Below, in pieces: positions 35,601 through 46,180 of a stretch of DNA of 64,000 bases. Each line of letters begins with the position of its first letter. Within the stretch, counting starts at the first letter, position 1. A model generated the notes under the pieces. That model ran no database searches. It was not told the origin of the DNA and saw only the letters and a list, made by a program, of their open reading frames with translations. This stretch comes from Euglena gracilis (taxonomy: Eukaryota), in contig CP154954.1 of the NCBI GenBank assembly GCA_039621445.1, positions 46,975,847 to 47,039,846 of the forward strand. The letters run 5' to 3'. The translations under genes and the position numbers were made by a program.

Positions 35601-37024
35601 ACTCTTGGAAAGGCCAAAGTTTCAAGGGTGCTCAAAATTATCAAGACCAAGGACGATATGGGGGAAGGGGGCCCAGCCAATCGAATGGAAATTGGAATCA
35701 ACAATCTTCCCAAAAAGGAAAGGTCAAAGGCAAAGGCCAAGGGAAAGATTCTTCCAAAGGCAACGGTTGGAAGGGAGGGGGGTACAACGCAAACCGAAAT
35801 GTTGCACCCCCAGTCCGTCTTTGGGGACGCCGGGGTCATGTTTTTGAGGGGTTTACATCCTCGGGAATCAAAAACCCCCACAATATTTTGCATAACCCAA
35901 CCACATCTCCATGTGGAGAATGTTACCATGTTGGAGAATGTGTGTCTTTATCTTCCAATCCCTCTATCTCAGGCTCAAAGTCAACCAATCAAGAGTTTGC
36001 CATGCCGAAGGCAGGCAATGGTGCAACTGAAGACAATTCAACGAGTTCATCATCAACAATCGCCTCAAGAAGGCAAGTGGCCTCGATCCAATGGCAGCCC
36101 GTGTCGAGGAAGGGCAAGCCGGGCAAACCGTGGACTCGACCCAAACCGTGGACCAGGTGTGCAAGCCAGGATAGTGCACGGCCCAGTTTCAACAATTATT
36201 ATGGTTGTTTGAGTAGACGAGGATCCATCAAAGGTGTTGGAAGTAGGAGAATTCCCAAGGCGTTGGATTTGTTTTCGGGAAAAGGATCTGTGGGGAGGTG
36301 TTTGGAGGAAAACGGATACCAGGTGGTATCTTTGGATGTCAACCCAAAATTTCACCCAACCCATGTAACGGATATTTTGGAGTGGGATTATCGCAAATAC
36401 CCCCAGGGATATTTTGAAGTTATTGCGGCCGGTGTGCCATGCACGGAGTATAGCCTTGCAAAAACGATAGGGGGTAGGGACATGCAAACGGCAGATTGCC
36501 TTGTCGAAAAAACTTTGGAGATCGTGGAATATTTTCAACCCAAATTGTGGTGGATTGAAAATCTCCGTACGGGATATTTACCCAAACGGCAATGTGTTCG
36601 AAATTTGAATTTCATTGATGCTGATTATTGCCAATTTTCTGATTGGGGATACCAAAAACCAACCCGTATTTGGGGGAGTGAGAATCTCTTAAGTTTGAAG
36701 GACAAAGTTTGTGATGGAAAAACCTGCCCCAACATGGTGTTGAAGGAGGGGAGCAGGTGGGCACACAAGGAGCAATTGGGTGGGAGGCATATGCACACGA
36801 GCACACATCAAAAATGGAGAATGCCTCAAAATTTGATTGAATATCTTCTTTCGGCCCTTGGTTTTAAGGAGGAGAAATTTTCCTTCAAAAAGGAGGACTA
36901 TGCCGTGAGAAACTCTTTTGTGAAATTGATTGAGGAGAAATTTCAAAGGAGACCCGAAATGGATTGTCAAAAATTCTCAATGTGCATCTTTTTTGACGAA
37001 GGAAGAAAATGCCTTGAGCGTTGA
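32678..37024 (+). CDS. Gag-like coiled-coil protein fused in frame to a C5-cytosine DNA methyltransferase (1448-aa open frame; native start lost)
   Basis: Coiled-coil region; Gag-like VPKFSGHAGDWPNFKDEW; C-terminal LDLFSGKG, GVPC, WIENL, YQKPTRIW. Confidence 0.85.
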   Translation: MVQWTGSPPQYQSDSEIDSDRGSGLSQFEETEKLLVAAGWIPPRFQIFSPNQLPNFGAEIPQIEGVTPILLLEDRGPASHNEITVDGQTFFSESTRMYSESKFSGVHSANLGCGASSSGVFNLAASKTQVEEDEEMEPQPPDLGVQVGGADISDWDAWDNWAQGVDCQLAELNRSLTHWESIIPPQVVVENRLDNFERELGEKNSRAQAELLQFIQQNVERRNTEICSQFEQQKQKTQEEIQQSVSHFISQCQQGRNAAENIANCHKQLLSIEIERQVEGKSQIFEKSVKDFLDGQLSEILKREKEIEVTFSGLFDQVWSCSRAVGENKLELQKEISALQNANRELCSGVNRRFTEIAAGLKTVGEESKTNFGTLVSDMQQRFQTVNQESKALGDRLTGIEKFLGSQEVPWEKVVEIMGKTEETIQTQVRREMAAQVRKMMEIMMTQMMEEKTRQVQKEEHFDKLRNDMENCMKQQFCAILGKIQTDFSKEKSHREVVQNLCNNFEARLKAIEGRVQQVLTETVQPKASTVTQPKPVFKANSGFVGIKGVKPVQPIEIWDLNLGLEGGPDLGDGSLMVCQVSINAIGEASERSPMLTVASAATQHILRNVVVPKFSGHAGDWPNFKDEWGRFIRKFNQVSEADKLGLLELCLDDLGKKQLNLHLYELGESLTFNEVWAKLDAWHSRNEEFGARKNFRDLTLCHQGRVTSRDWENFKVDFKLCRQKIKDASEGDVKRLLIEKMPPFIVHWITDEEERIKTSQPTVRMNYPQPTSTAIMENFVMIFAGKKPTRVTKLSETEFEMVLPDVQSCETLKSYNGKEFNDSNVLVRVRENEPNLTVEDIFRLVTSKLALRDRQDLMLNPTHSQTSYRRSRSVGAERKGGKSNIREGSPSKKRSFSGKQVTSPTPSTPKSTGSALPNASNGPVPISTESQTQNLTQNAEIPKSVPNTNGGVWVQAPPRSSPWPTWQPQNQNQNSWKGQSFKGAQNYQDQGRYGGRGPSQSNGNWNQQSSQKGKVKGKGQGKDSSKGNGWKGGGYNANRNVAPPVRLWGRRGHVFEGFTSSGIKNPHNILHNPTTSPCGECYHVGECVSLSSNPSISGSKSTNQEFAMPKAGNGATEDNSTSSSSTIASRRQVASIQWQPVSRKGKPGKPWTRPKPWTRCASQDSARPSFNNYYGCLSRRGSIKGVGSRRIPKALDLFSGKGSVGRCLEENGYQVVSLDVNPKFHPTHVTDILEWDYRKYPQGYFEVIAAGVPCTEYSLAKTIGGRDMQTADCLVEKTLEIVEYFQPKLWWIENLRTGYLPKRQCVRNLNFIDADYCQFSDWGYQKPTRIWGSENLLSLKDKVCDGKTCPNMVLKEGSRWAHKEQLGGRHMHTSTHQKWRMPQNLIEYLLSALGFKEEKFSFKKEDYAVRNSFVKLIEEKFQRRPEMDCQKFSMCIFFDEGRKCLER
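36251..36855 (+). other. C5-cytosine DNA methyltransferase domain
   Basis: Motif I LDLFSGKG (36263-36286), motif IV catalytic PC (36437-36442), motif VI EN(L) (36557-36565), motif VIII-like QKPTRIW, motif X-like RMPQNLIEYLL. Confidence 0.9.
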
Positions 37025-37265
37025 TTGCGGGAAGGGGGGCACGGTGTGGTTGAACCCCCCATGGTCGTTATGGCATAAGGTGGCAAAAAAGTTGCAAAAA
37101 ACCCCGTGTGATGCAATTTACATTGTTTCCGATTGGCAAAGGGGATGGGTGAGAGAACTTGTGCGAAAGGCGACACAAAAATTGTATTTTTAGCCTGGAA
37201 CAAAGCTTTTTGAAGTGGATGGGAAACCCATGGGAGGTGTGAAGTGGGGAGTTTGAGCCTTGTTG
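36893..37265 (+). pseudogene. N6-adenine (Dam/DIRS-type) methyltransferase domain, disrupted
   Basis: EDYAV...PEMDC / frameshift ~36965 / KNSQCASF...NALSVD...VWLNPPW (37053-37064)...IYIVSDW. Stops at 37191 and 37254. Same frame as the downstream pol. Confidence 0.8.
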
Positions 37266-40200
37266 ATAGAGGGTGATAAGCCCCCCGCTAGCACTAACAC
37301 GTCTAAGGAACCAAAGGTTGTGCGTTTGAAGTCGCGTATGGTGAAGAAAATGTACTCACCCACAGGGGTGAGCAAATTTTCAAAGGATCGGCAACTTTTG
37401 ATTCACACAAAGGTAATTTTGGTCAATGGGGAGGAACGGGATATGGATATTGTGGTGGATACGGGAGCGGAAGCAAACCTCATAAGGCAAGGATTTGTAA
37501 GCGATCACCTAATGCACTCGGCTGAAAATCCCCTTAAGTTCGAAACGGCCAATGGCCAAGTTTTAAGTGGGGGGACAAGGTGCACTAAGGTGAGAATGAA
37601 GCTGCTTGGGGAGGAGAATAATGGGACACCACCCGAATGCTTTGAGTATGAAGTGGAATTTTACGAAGCAAACATAAAAGTGGATGCCATTTTGTCATTC
37701 CCATGGCTTGCCCAAGCAAAATTTGCAGTTTTTCCACATCATCGAGCTTTGGTTTTGGAAACCCCCGAGCTCACATTTTTGTTTGGTGTGCGTGATTTCA
37801 GAAAACGGCGTCATTCAAACACTTCCAAAATTTTGCCCCAAGAGGGGGACACGGCCCATTTGCACAAATTCGGTTTCCAACTACCTTTGAGTGGGTTTGA
37901 TCAAAGAAGTCGCTTTTTGGATGACCGAACCCTGAAATTTTTGCACAAAAATTTGAGCGTGTCCGAAGCAACCCCCCAACCCATCCGACGGATGATAATT
38001 GCAAGGGAGGGGGGGGGTGCAAATAATGAAGAGGAGGAAGATGAGGATGAAGGCAAGTTAAGGCTATTAAGGGAGGAAATTGAACAAAAGTATGAAGGAA
38101 CTTTTTTTAGGTCAACGGTATACCCGGACCCACCCGTAAGGGGACCCTATGGGTATGCTTTTATACCTTTGAAGGAAGGAGCAACACCAACTCGACAAAA
38201 ACCATTCTTTATGCAAGGGGAACGAAAAGAAGCTTTGGAAAAAATCACTCAAGATTGGATCAATATGAAATTCATCGAGCCAGCCACAACAAAAAATTCA
38301 GAATGGCTCTCACAAACTTTCCCCGTGCCCAAAAAGTCTCCCTATTTTCCTTGGTGGGGGGTTGTTGACATGAGGGGACCCAATAGCCAATCCCGTACGT
38401 GCAACTACCCTCTTCCGAAAACCGAAGATATCCTGGTGAAGCCTGGTGGCAACCAAATGTTCTCCATTTTGGACTTAAAACAAGCATTCCACCAACAACC
38501 GCTTCACCCGGATAGCCGGCCAATAACTTGCTTCTTCACACCAAAGGGTCTCTACCAATGGAGGGTCAATGTAATGGGGTTAACTAATGCCTCACAACAG
38601 TTTCAACAAACGATGGACAAGAGGCTAGCACCCGTAAGGGACATAGCAACCCCATACATAGATGATATTTTGGTGGGGACAACCGTTGGGGAGGGGGAAG
38701 ACCTCCTAGAGGCACACAAACGAGATTTGTGCCGAGTTTTGGATTTGTTGGCCAAAGAATTTTTTGTGGTGGACCCCAAAAAGGCAAAATTGTTCATTAA
38801 GGAAGTGGAATTTTGTGGCCAAATTTTGGGTCATGGTGCCCGATGGCCAGCACCGGGCAAACTTCGTGCCATTGAAAAATGGGAGGTTCCCACAACCATA
38901 ACAGCATTAAGAGCTTTCCTTGGTTTTACCAACTACTACAACGCATACATCCATATGTATACTCAAATTGCCGCATCGTTGCAAGACAAATTGAAGGTGA
39001 ATAGGGATGTTGGTAAAAAAGGAAGCAAAAAAAGAGTTGAATTTGGGGAGGGGGATCTCCAAGCGTTTGGGGAGTTGAAGAAACGTTTGTGTTCGGGCTT
39101 AATCCTACAACGTGTAGACCCCGATAAACCCTTTGTATTAAGGGTTTATGCAAGTGGGTACGCCGTGGGGGCCACACTAGAACAACTAAAGGAAGGAAAT
39201 GGTAAGCCCACACCCCAAGATGTGATGGATAAGAAAACGGTGCCTATTGCCTTCATGTCCCGAAAACTTACCGTGGGGCAAAGGAAATGGACCCCCCGGG
39301 AGTTGGAGACTTATGCCATAATTTTGGCTCTCCAAAATGGGAAAGTTGGATCGGTCTTCAACCCGTTTTGGTGTTTACCGACCACCAAAGTTTGGAGGCA
39401 TGGTCAAAAGAGGTGCTCGATACCCCAAGTGGTCCGGTGGGTAGGAGGGCACGATGGGACCAGATTTTTTCAAATATGATTTGACGGTGGGGTACATACC
39501 GGGTAAAGAAAATACAATTGCCGACATTTTGAGTTGGTGGGCTTACCCGGCCTCACAAGCATTAAGGGACGTAAGCAAACACGGTTCAGCCGAGGATAAG
39601 GAAGAAATGGAGGAACTCATAAGAAAGGAAAGGGAAGACGAAAGAAATTGTTTGTGGATTAGAGTGAAAAATCAGCCCAACAACCGTAACACGTGGATTA
39701 GAGGGGTGATAACCCGTAGCGGGAAATTGGTGGCACCAAAAGATTCTATGGATAGCATGCAAGAGAAGGGAACCGAGGGTGTAGTAAATCCGGGAGGCAT
39801 AGACACCACCGTTGACACACACCTATAAGGGCCCAGGTCAAAGGGGAAAAAGGACAAAAAGTTGAGAGTCACTTTTTGGGATGGAATGGACCCCGCGGGT
39901 AATTTGGTGACCAACCCGAAACTTTCATCCAATGAGTTGCCGAGGGGGTGAACGGGAGGAGGTGTGGCCACGCCAACTCCAAGTTTAACCCCTGAGGGAA
40001 CAAAATCGGTTTGGGAGCAAGATTGGGTGGTTGCATACACTTTGTGTCCCACGTGGAAAAAGATTTGGCAAGCAACGCAAGAAAATGGTGAGTGGCCAAA
40101 GGGGGTGAAAAAAAAGTCCACAAAAACCAAATGTTTCGAGAGGAGAAGTTGTGCATTCCACTAAGTTTTCAAGAAATGATCATCCTTGAAAACCACAAAT

Positions 40201-41470
40201 TTCTTGGACACGTTGGTCCGGAAAAGGTGTGGAGGCACGTCAATTTGAGGTATGCATGGGCTGATGAAAAGAAGGCGAAAGTTTTCATCGACAGTTGTAG
40301 CAAAAATTGCACAACATGTCAAGCGAGCTCGAGGGGGGAGACATTGAAAGGACCCATTGACTCAACACCCATACCACCCGCACCCATGGTAAGTGTGGCT
40401 ATCGATCTTTTCAAAATGCCGAAGGTGTTGTACGAGGGGGGGAGTACAACACAATGGCTGTTTGCGTGGACCGACATTCCGGTTGGATTGTAGCCATACC
40501 GTGTTTTGATAAGGGATTAACGGGTGCAAAATTGGCCAAGGAAATGCTTAAAGCCCAATAGAAACCCTTTGGAGTCCCGTCAATAATTTCAAGTGACCAA
40601 GGGAGCCATTTTGTCAACACATGGTGGCAAACCATGTGTTCGCTCATGGGAATTCGGCAAGCAGTTTCCCAAGCTTACCACCACCAAGCAAATGGGAGGG
40701 TGGAGAGAGCCGGCCAACAAACCATGGAAATCCTCCGAAAGTTGTTTGTGGAGGAAAAAATGAATTGGGTGGAAGCACTTCCCCAAGTTTTGGATCGCAT
40801 TCATGACACCAAGGGGGAGAGTGGTTTTAGTCCTTACGAAATTTTGTTTGGAAGGGATAGACCCATTGGGGGAATACCCTATCAAACACCAAAGGAGTGT
40901 GAGGACGCTCAAAGTTTTTTTTGTCGAATAAAGGAGGTGGATGAGAAGGTTGCTAAGGTTCTCAACCACGCACATTGGGTTCAAGCGAGTTGGGTCAACC
41001 AAGGGAGGAGGGAGTTGGTACCCTTAAAATTGGGAACCCAAGTGTGGTATAGGAGACCCGAAGGATCCGGAGAAAAATTGCATTCCAGATGGATTGGATC
41101 TGGGATTATTAAAGCCCGGGAGGGGGAGAGGAGTTACATTATTGAACTTAAACACGGGATGGAAATGAAGGTTCATCGTAGTTTCCTTAAGGAGTACAAA
41201 GAGCCTGAAGTTTTTGGTGAGGGGGTGCCTTTGTTCTTTTTCAAGAGGACCGAAAAAGAAGAGGAAGCAATGCCTGATGAGTGGGAAGTTGAAAAAATTC
41301 TGAACCACCGAAAGAAGGGGGGAACCTGGGAGTTCCTCACGAAATGGGTTGGTTACAACGAGGGGGAGGAAACCTGGGAACCGGTGGGGAATTTCATACA
41401 CCGATTTAGTGAAGAGTTGGTGAGGTATTGCACGAAGAAAAACCTAGGGGTCGATTTGATGTCGAATTGA
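37260..41470 (+). pseudogene. pol: Gypsy pol: aspartic protease, RT, RNase H, integrase, chromodomain (several frameshifts and stops)
   Basis: VDTGA (DTG 37458-37466); LDLKQAFHQ, YIDD (38655-38666); LRAFLGFTNYY; RNase H VYAS (D>Y at 39147), ELETYAI, FTDHQ, IADILS; H-x4-H...C-x2-C, IDLF, SDQG, NGRVER; chromodomain WEVEKILNHR...KWVGY...TWEP. Confidence 0.95.
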
Positions 41471-43063
41471 AGAAATCTTTGAAACCCTAGTGAGCCGAAA
41501 GTTGAAGGCTCGGTCCATTTTGCTTTTTTTTTTGGATCGGGGAGCCCAAATGTTCGAGGCTCTTGCTTTGAATCGGGCCAAGTGCTGTTTCGGCGAGTTG
41601 TTTGTGTGCTTGTGCATTGCTTATGTGCATCATACCTTTTGTTTTTGACTCCATGATTCTCATATGTTTTGATTTTTCAAGCATGTGATGAATTTGATTT
41701 CTCTCTCTCTTTCTCTCTCTCCTTCTCTCTCCATGCATATTTTGTGCTTGCTCCTCTCTTTCGCTTTGCTCTCACAGGTTTTGAGGACTTGGAGGCTCCA
41801 AGCACGCCCAAGGGATCCCAAGGGAAAAGTGTGAGCACATCACCGCAGGAAGGAGGCGAGCACCCTACGCAAGCAAGGAGGCGAGACAAGGAGACGAGAC
41901 GAGGAGATGACACGAGGAGATGAAGCCTTTTTACCCAACCAACCGAATACACCATGGCACAACTTGTCCATACTCCCAAACTTGTCCGTAGCCCAGCCCC
42001 GTTGGGGCTTTCCTCTTTATAAACGGCCCCAGCACACGCTACCCGAACCCCGAGCCCCACTGCCTATCTTCCTCACCCCAACCTGACCTCACCTTCCCAT
42101 ACCGTGAATGGAAAGGGGGACCGAAGGATTTGGATTTTTTTCCTCAATGTCGAGCCATAGCCCCTGTAGGAGAGCGGCCCAAAATGTATGGAGCTTTGAT
42201 GACTTGTTTGGATCCCGAGTCATTGGTGAATGTTTCAAGGGGGAAGAAGCCTCACCTTCTCCATGGATGCCCGGGGGGGGAGCTGAATTTCTCCGATTTT
42301 TGGGTGAGCTCCCTCCAAACGTGTTTCGGTCGAGGGGGGGGGGCGCCCATTCCCATGCCCGTGTCCAAAGGATTGTGGAATGGAGACAGCCTGATTTTTC
42401 AGTTGATGTATGATACACCACGCGACGACCCCGTGAATGGTTATTTTTTAAGTGAATTTCACCGGATTTCGTTCATGGAGGGTTGGTTACATTTCGGATG
42501 TCCACCAAGATTGTGTGGTGCAAGAGAACGTCCAATCCAAGAATTCGAGTTTTTTGGTGAGCCATGAGAAAGTAAGACACAAGCACCGGGGGGGGGGGCT
42601 GTCCGAACTCTCCCCAAGCGGTCACGCCGAATGTTCGGGGGGGGCAAAATTTTCCCTCCAACATTTTCCCTCCGGGGTAAAAAAAGTCAGAACTCTCCCC
42701 ACAATTTTTTTGATCGGGGGGGGCGCTAGCCCAGTTTTCATTTATATTTTAAATGACATTCACAGAGTTCGTGGCAATTTTTTTCCTTGGCATTTTTTCA
42801 TGCCCCCAACCTGTGCGGGGGGGGGGGGGGCGCTTGGATTTTCAAGGGGGACGTTTTCGCATTTTTTGTGGAGCCGCTAAGTGGTGCCGTGTGCCTTGTT
42901 TTTGTGGCAAGGTAACACTAAGCGAGGGGCATAGGCGTTTCATCATTCTCTTTCTCAAGAAATTGTGAAGGATTCTCATTTGCATTCGTTTCATTCTGAT
43001 TTTTTTCCATGTGTTCGCTTTTTTATTCAATTTTCACTTTTTTGAGGGTCCGACTAATGTTGC

Positions 43064-43074
43064 AAGGGAGGGGG
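43064..43074 (+). promoter_or_regulatory. Polypurine tract AAGGGAGGGGG
   Basis: Immediately precedes the TG of the 3' LTR. Confidence 0.85.
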
Positions 43075-43731
43075 TGTCGACTGTCGGGCGGCGTCCGACA
43101 GTCAAAAATGGCAGGGCGGAAACTTTTGAAAACACGGAATTTTTCATTCCGCGCAGAACGTGCGTTCTATAGGAAAAGCCTAATTTGAGGTTCCAATTCA
43201 GCACAATTTGCTTCCGCAGACTTGAGTGGGTTTCTTTGTTCCATACAATTGAGAATTGAAGTCCTCAAGAATTATTTCATTGCAGAATTGTCACTTTTTG
43301 AGAATTTCAAGTTCAAAGGTCAGGTCCCACCTTTCCTCATTAACGGTGTGTCGTTGTTGCTTTCTGACCACCAATTCAGTGAACAAAACACCACCCTTAC
43401 CCATTCTCAATGTTTTGCATGCCGGAAGAAAGGGGGTGTAAAATGGCCTCATGGGGATCAAAGTTTGGAGAAACATTTTCATTGGACCAGATTTTTGATT
43501 TTGTACAAGATTTCCACGAAAAAGCTAATTCGATCCTACGCATCCCCCTCTGGTCGGGGGGTACACCAGTGGGCGAAACGGGGGGTGGCCTGAGCCCTCC
43601 ACCACCCGGAAAAACACTGGGCCCTGGCCAGGGAACGGCAGCCCCAGGGGTGGGTGACGGGCAGGGATCAGCCGGCCAGCGGGCTGGGGTTTTCGGTCCG
43701 ACACCCGCAGGGGGGGCGCCCGGGGTAGACA
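43075..43731 (+). repeat. 3' LTR (657 bp)
   Basis: TGTCGAC...GTAGACA followed by TSD GCGA. Confidence 0.93.
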
Positions 43732-44858
43732 GCGAAGCACAAGAAGATGGTGAGGTCCTGCTTTCCTTTCCGGCTGTTCTGTTCTGGTGTGTTTGTGTGT
43801 GCACGGGGGGTGCTTCTTACTGCGCCTTTGTTGCCGGAGTTGGCGATGATGAGGCCTCTTCCGACACCTTGGCGAAGCTGAAGCGTCGTGGCCCCGCCCC
43901 CCCCCCCCTCCCACCCATGTTTGCTTGGTGCCCCCCCCACCCCCTCGATGGGGATTGTTGTCTCTTTCTGGTGTGTTTCTGGGTGGGTGGTTGGGGCTGC
44001 TTGGTTGGGGGTCTCCCTTCCGGTTGGGATGTTTTTCTTTTTCTGCTGATTTGTTGGGTGGGGGGGTTGGGCTCACCATCTTCTTGTGCTTCGCCCTCTT
44101 GGTCCCTTCCTCCCCCTTCCTCTGTCGTGGGAGTCCGAGACCATTCGGGCTCCGCACTGCGAGATGGTGAGGTACTGTGCACCCCCCTTTGGGCCATAAT
44201 ATTTTTAATTTTTGAAAGGACACCGAGTCGTAAATAATGAGCTTGGAAGGCCCCAAAATTTTTCCACTGACCCAATTGCTGGACTTCTTCCACTTGCAAA
44301 CCAGCATTTTTCCACCATAAAACCTCAGCTCCTCTGGTGCTGTGGGGTTTCCAGTGGGTGGTGTCCACCCCCCCCCTCTTGCAGAATTTCTTTGGTCAGG
44401 GAATTCACTCTTTCTGCTGTCAAAGGTCTTTTTCCATCCAAAGACCATAACAAATTATTTTTGTGCCCAATCATGTGGGCTGTCCTTTCCACATACTCTT
44501 TCAATAAATGCCAGGGGCTTATGAGGGGGGGGGGGTGGCAAAATCAAAACTTCCTCCCATCTGGGGAATTGCCACCCTTTCCTTTGCAATAAAACGAAAA
44601 TTTTTTCTCCCACGAAACTGATTTTCCGCTGTGTCCTGGCTAAATCAACCCCCCTGTGGAGGGCCAACGGCCTCCAACAGATGATGAGTCTGTTTCTGAG
44701 CTCTTTCACAGATAGGTCAGAGAGGGGTTTGGATTTCCTGATGATGTTTTTTAAGAAATGAGTGGGGTTCCAAAAATGGGCATACTTGCAGGCATTGGAA
44801 TTCCATTTCCTTTTCAATGGAGACAAAAGAGGGGAAAACCTCAATGACCCAAACCCTT

Positions 44859-46180
44859 TTTTAATTTTGCCACACAACCCCCTCATAAGCCCCTGGCATT
44901 TATTGAAAGAGTATGTGGAAAGGACAGCCCACATGATTGGGCACAAAAATAATTTGTTATGTTCTTTGGATGGAAAAAGACCTTTGACAGCAGAAAGAGT
45001 GAATTCCCTTACCAGAGAAATTCTGCAAGAGGGGGGGGGGTGGACACCACCCACTGGAAACCCCACAGCACCAGAGGAGCTGGGGTTTTATGGTGGAAAA
45101 ATGCTGGTTTGCAAGTGGAAGAAGTCCAGCAATTGGGTCAGTGGAAAAATTTTGGGGCCTTCCAAGCTCATTATTTACGACTCGGTGTCCTTTCAAAAAT
45201 TAAAAATATTATGGCCCAAAGGGGGGTGCACAGTACCTCACCATCTCGCAGTGCGGAGCCCGAATGGTCTCGGACTCCCACGACAGAGGAAGGGGGAGGA
45301 AGGGACCAAGAGGGCGAAGCACAAGAAGATGGTGAGCCCAACCCCCCACCCAAAAAATCAGCAGAAAAAGAAAAACGTCCCAACCGGAAGGGAGACCCCC
45401 AACCAAGCAGCCCCAACCACCCACCCAGAAACACACCAGAAAGAGACAACAATCCCCATCGAGGGGGGGGGGGGGACCACCAAGCAAACATGGGTGGGAG
45501 GGGGGGGGGGCGGGGCCACGACGCTTCAGCTTCGCCAAGGTGTCGGAAGAGGCCTCATCATCGCCAACTCCGGCAACAAAGGCGCAGTAAGAAGCACCCC
45601 CCGTGCACACACAAACACACCAGAACAGAACAGCCGGAAAGGAAAGCAGGACCTCACCATCTTCTTGTGCTTCGCTGTCTACCCCGGGCGCCCCCCCTGC
45701 GGGTGTCGGACCGAAAACCCCAGCCCGCTGGCCGGCTGATCCCTGCCCGTCACCCACCCCTGGGGCTGCCGCTCCCTGGCCAGGGCCCAGTGTTTTTCCG
45801 GGTGGTGGAGGGCTCAGGCCACCCCCCGTTTCGCCCACTGGTGTACCCCCCGACCCGAGGGGGGTGCATAGGATCGAATTAGCTTTTTCGTGGAAATCTT
45901 GTACAAAATCAAAATTCCGGTCCAATGAAAATTTTTCTCCAAACTTTGATCCCCATGAGGCCATTTCACTCCCCCTTTCTTCCGGCATGCAAAACATTGA
46001 GAATGGGTAAGGGTGGTGTTTTGTTCACTGAATTGGTGGTCAGAAAGCAACAATGACACACCGTTAATGAGGAAAGGTGGGACCTGACCTTTGAACTTGA
46101 AATTCTCAAAAATGACAATTCTGCAATGAAATAATTCTTGAGGACTTCAATTCTCAATTGTATGGAACAAAGAAACCCAC
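44859..46180. repeat. Inverted duplicate (~1.32 kb) of 43226-44549 (LTR part + DIRS right end + YR fragment)
   Basis: Reverse-complement colinearity that includes the LTR/TSD junction; ~310-bp spacer. Confidence 0.92.

Larger units (their letters stand above)
31657..43731 (+). mobile_element. Ty3/Gypsy chromodomain LTR retrotransposon carrying C5 and N6 DNA methyltransferase domains
   Basis: LTRs with TGTC...GACA termini, 4-bp TSD GCGA (31653-31656 / 43732-43735), PPT 43064-43074, domain order PR-RT-RH-IN-CHD. Confidence 0.95.
31609..44857 (-). mobile_element. DIRS-B family copy (right end, ICR and YR C-terminal half only; 31609-31656 + 43732-44857) split by the Gypsy insertion
   Basis: 31609-31656 joined to 43736 onward recreates the reverse complement of the DIRS-B right extension and ITR. 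Minus-strand YR motifs GFGSLRFSPLL, LHRGVDL, HSTRGA, AHYLRLG. Confidence 0.9.

Noticed and set aside
36251-37265. Prokaryotic restriction-modification system or bacterial contamination
   Set aside because: No endonuclease is present, and the MTases are embedded in the Gag-Pol frames between paired LTRs with a TSD.
26851-40561. Stop-codon reassignment (TGA/TAG read as Trp at 26851, 37254, 40559)
   Set aside because: Paralogous DIRS-B copies have TGG at the 26851-equivalent site, two different stop codons are involved, and the same ORFs carry frameshifts; ordinary G>A decay explains it.
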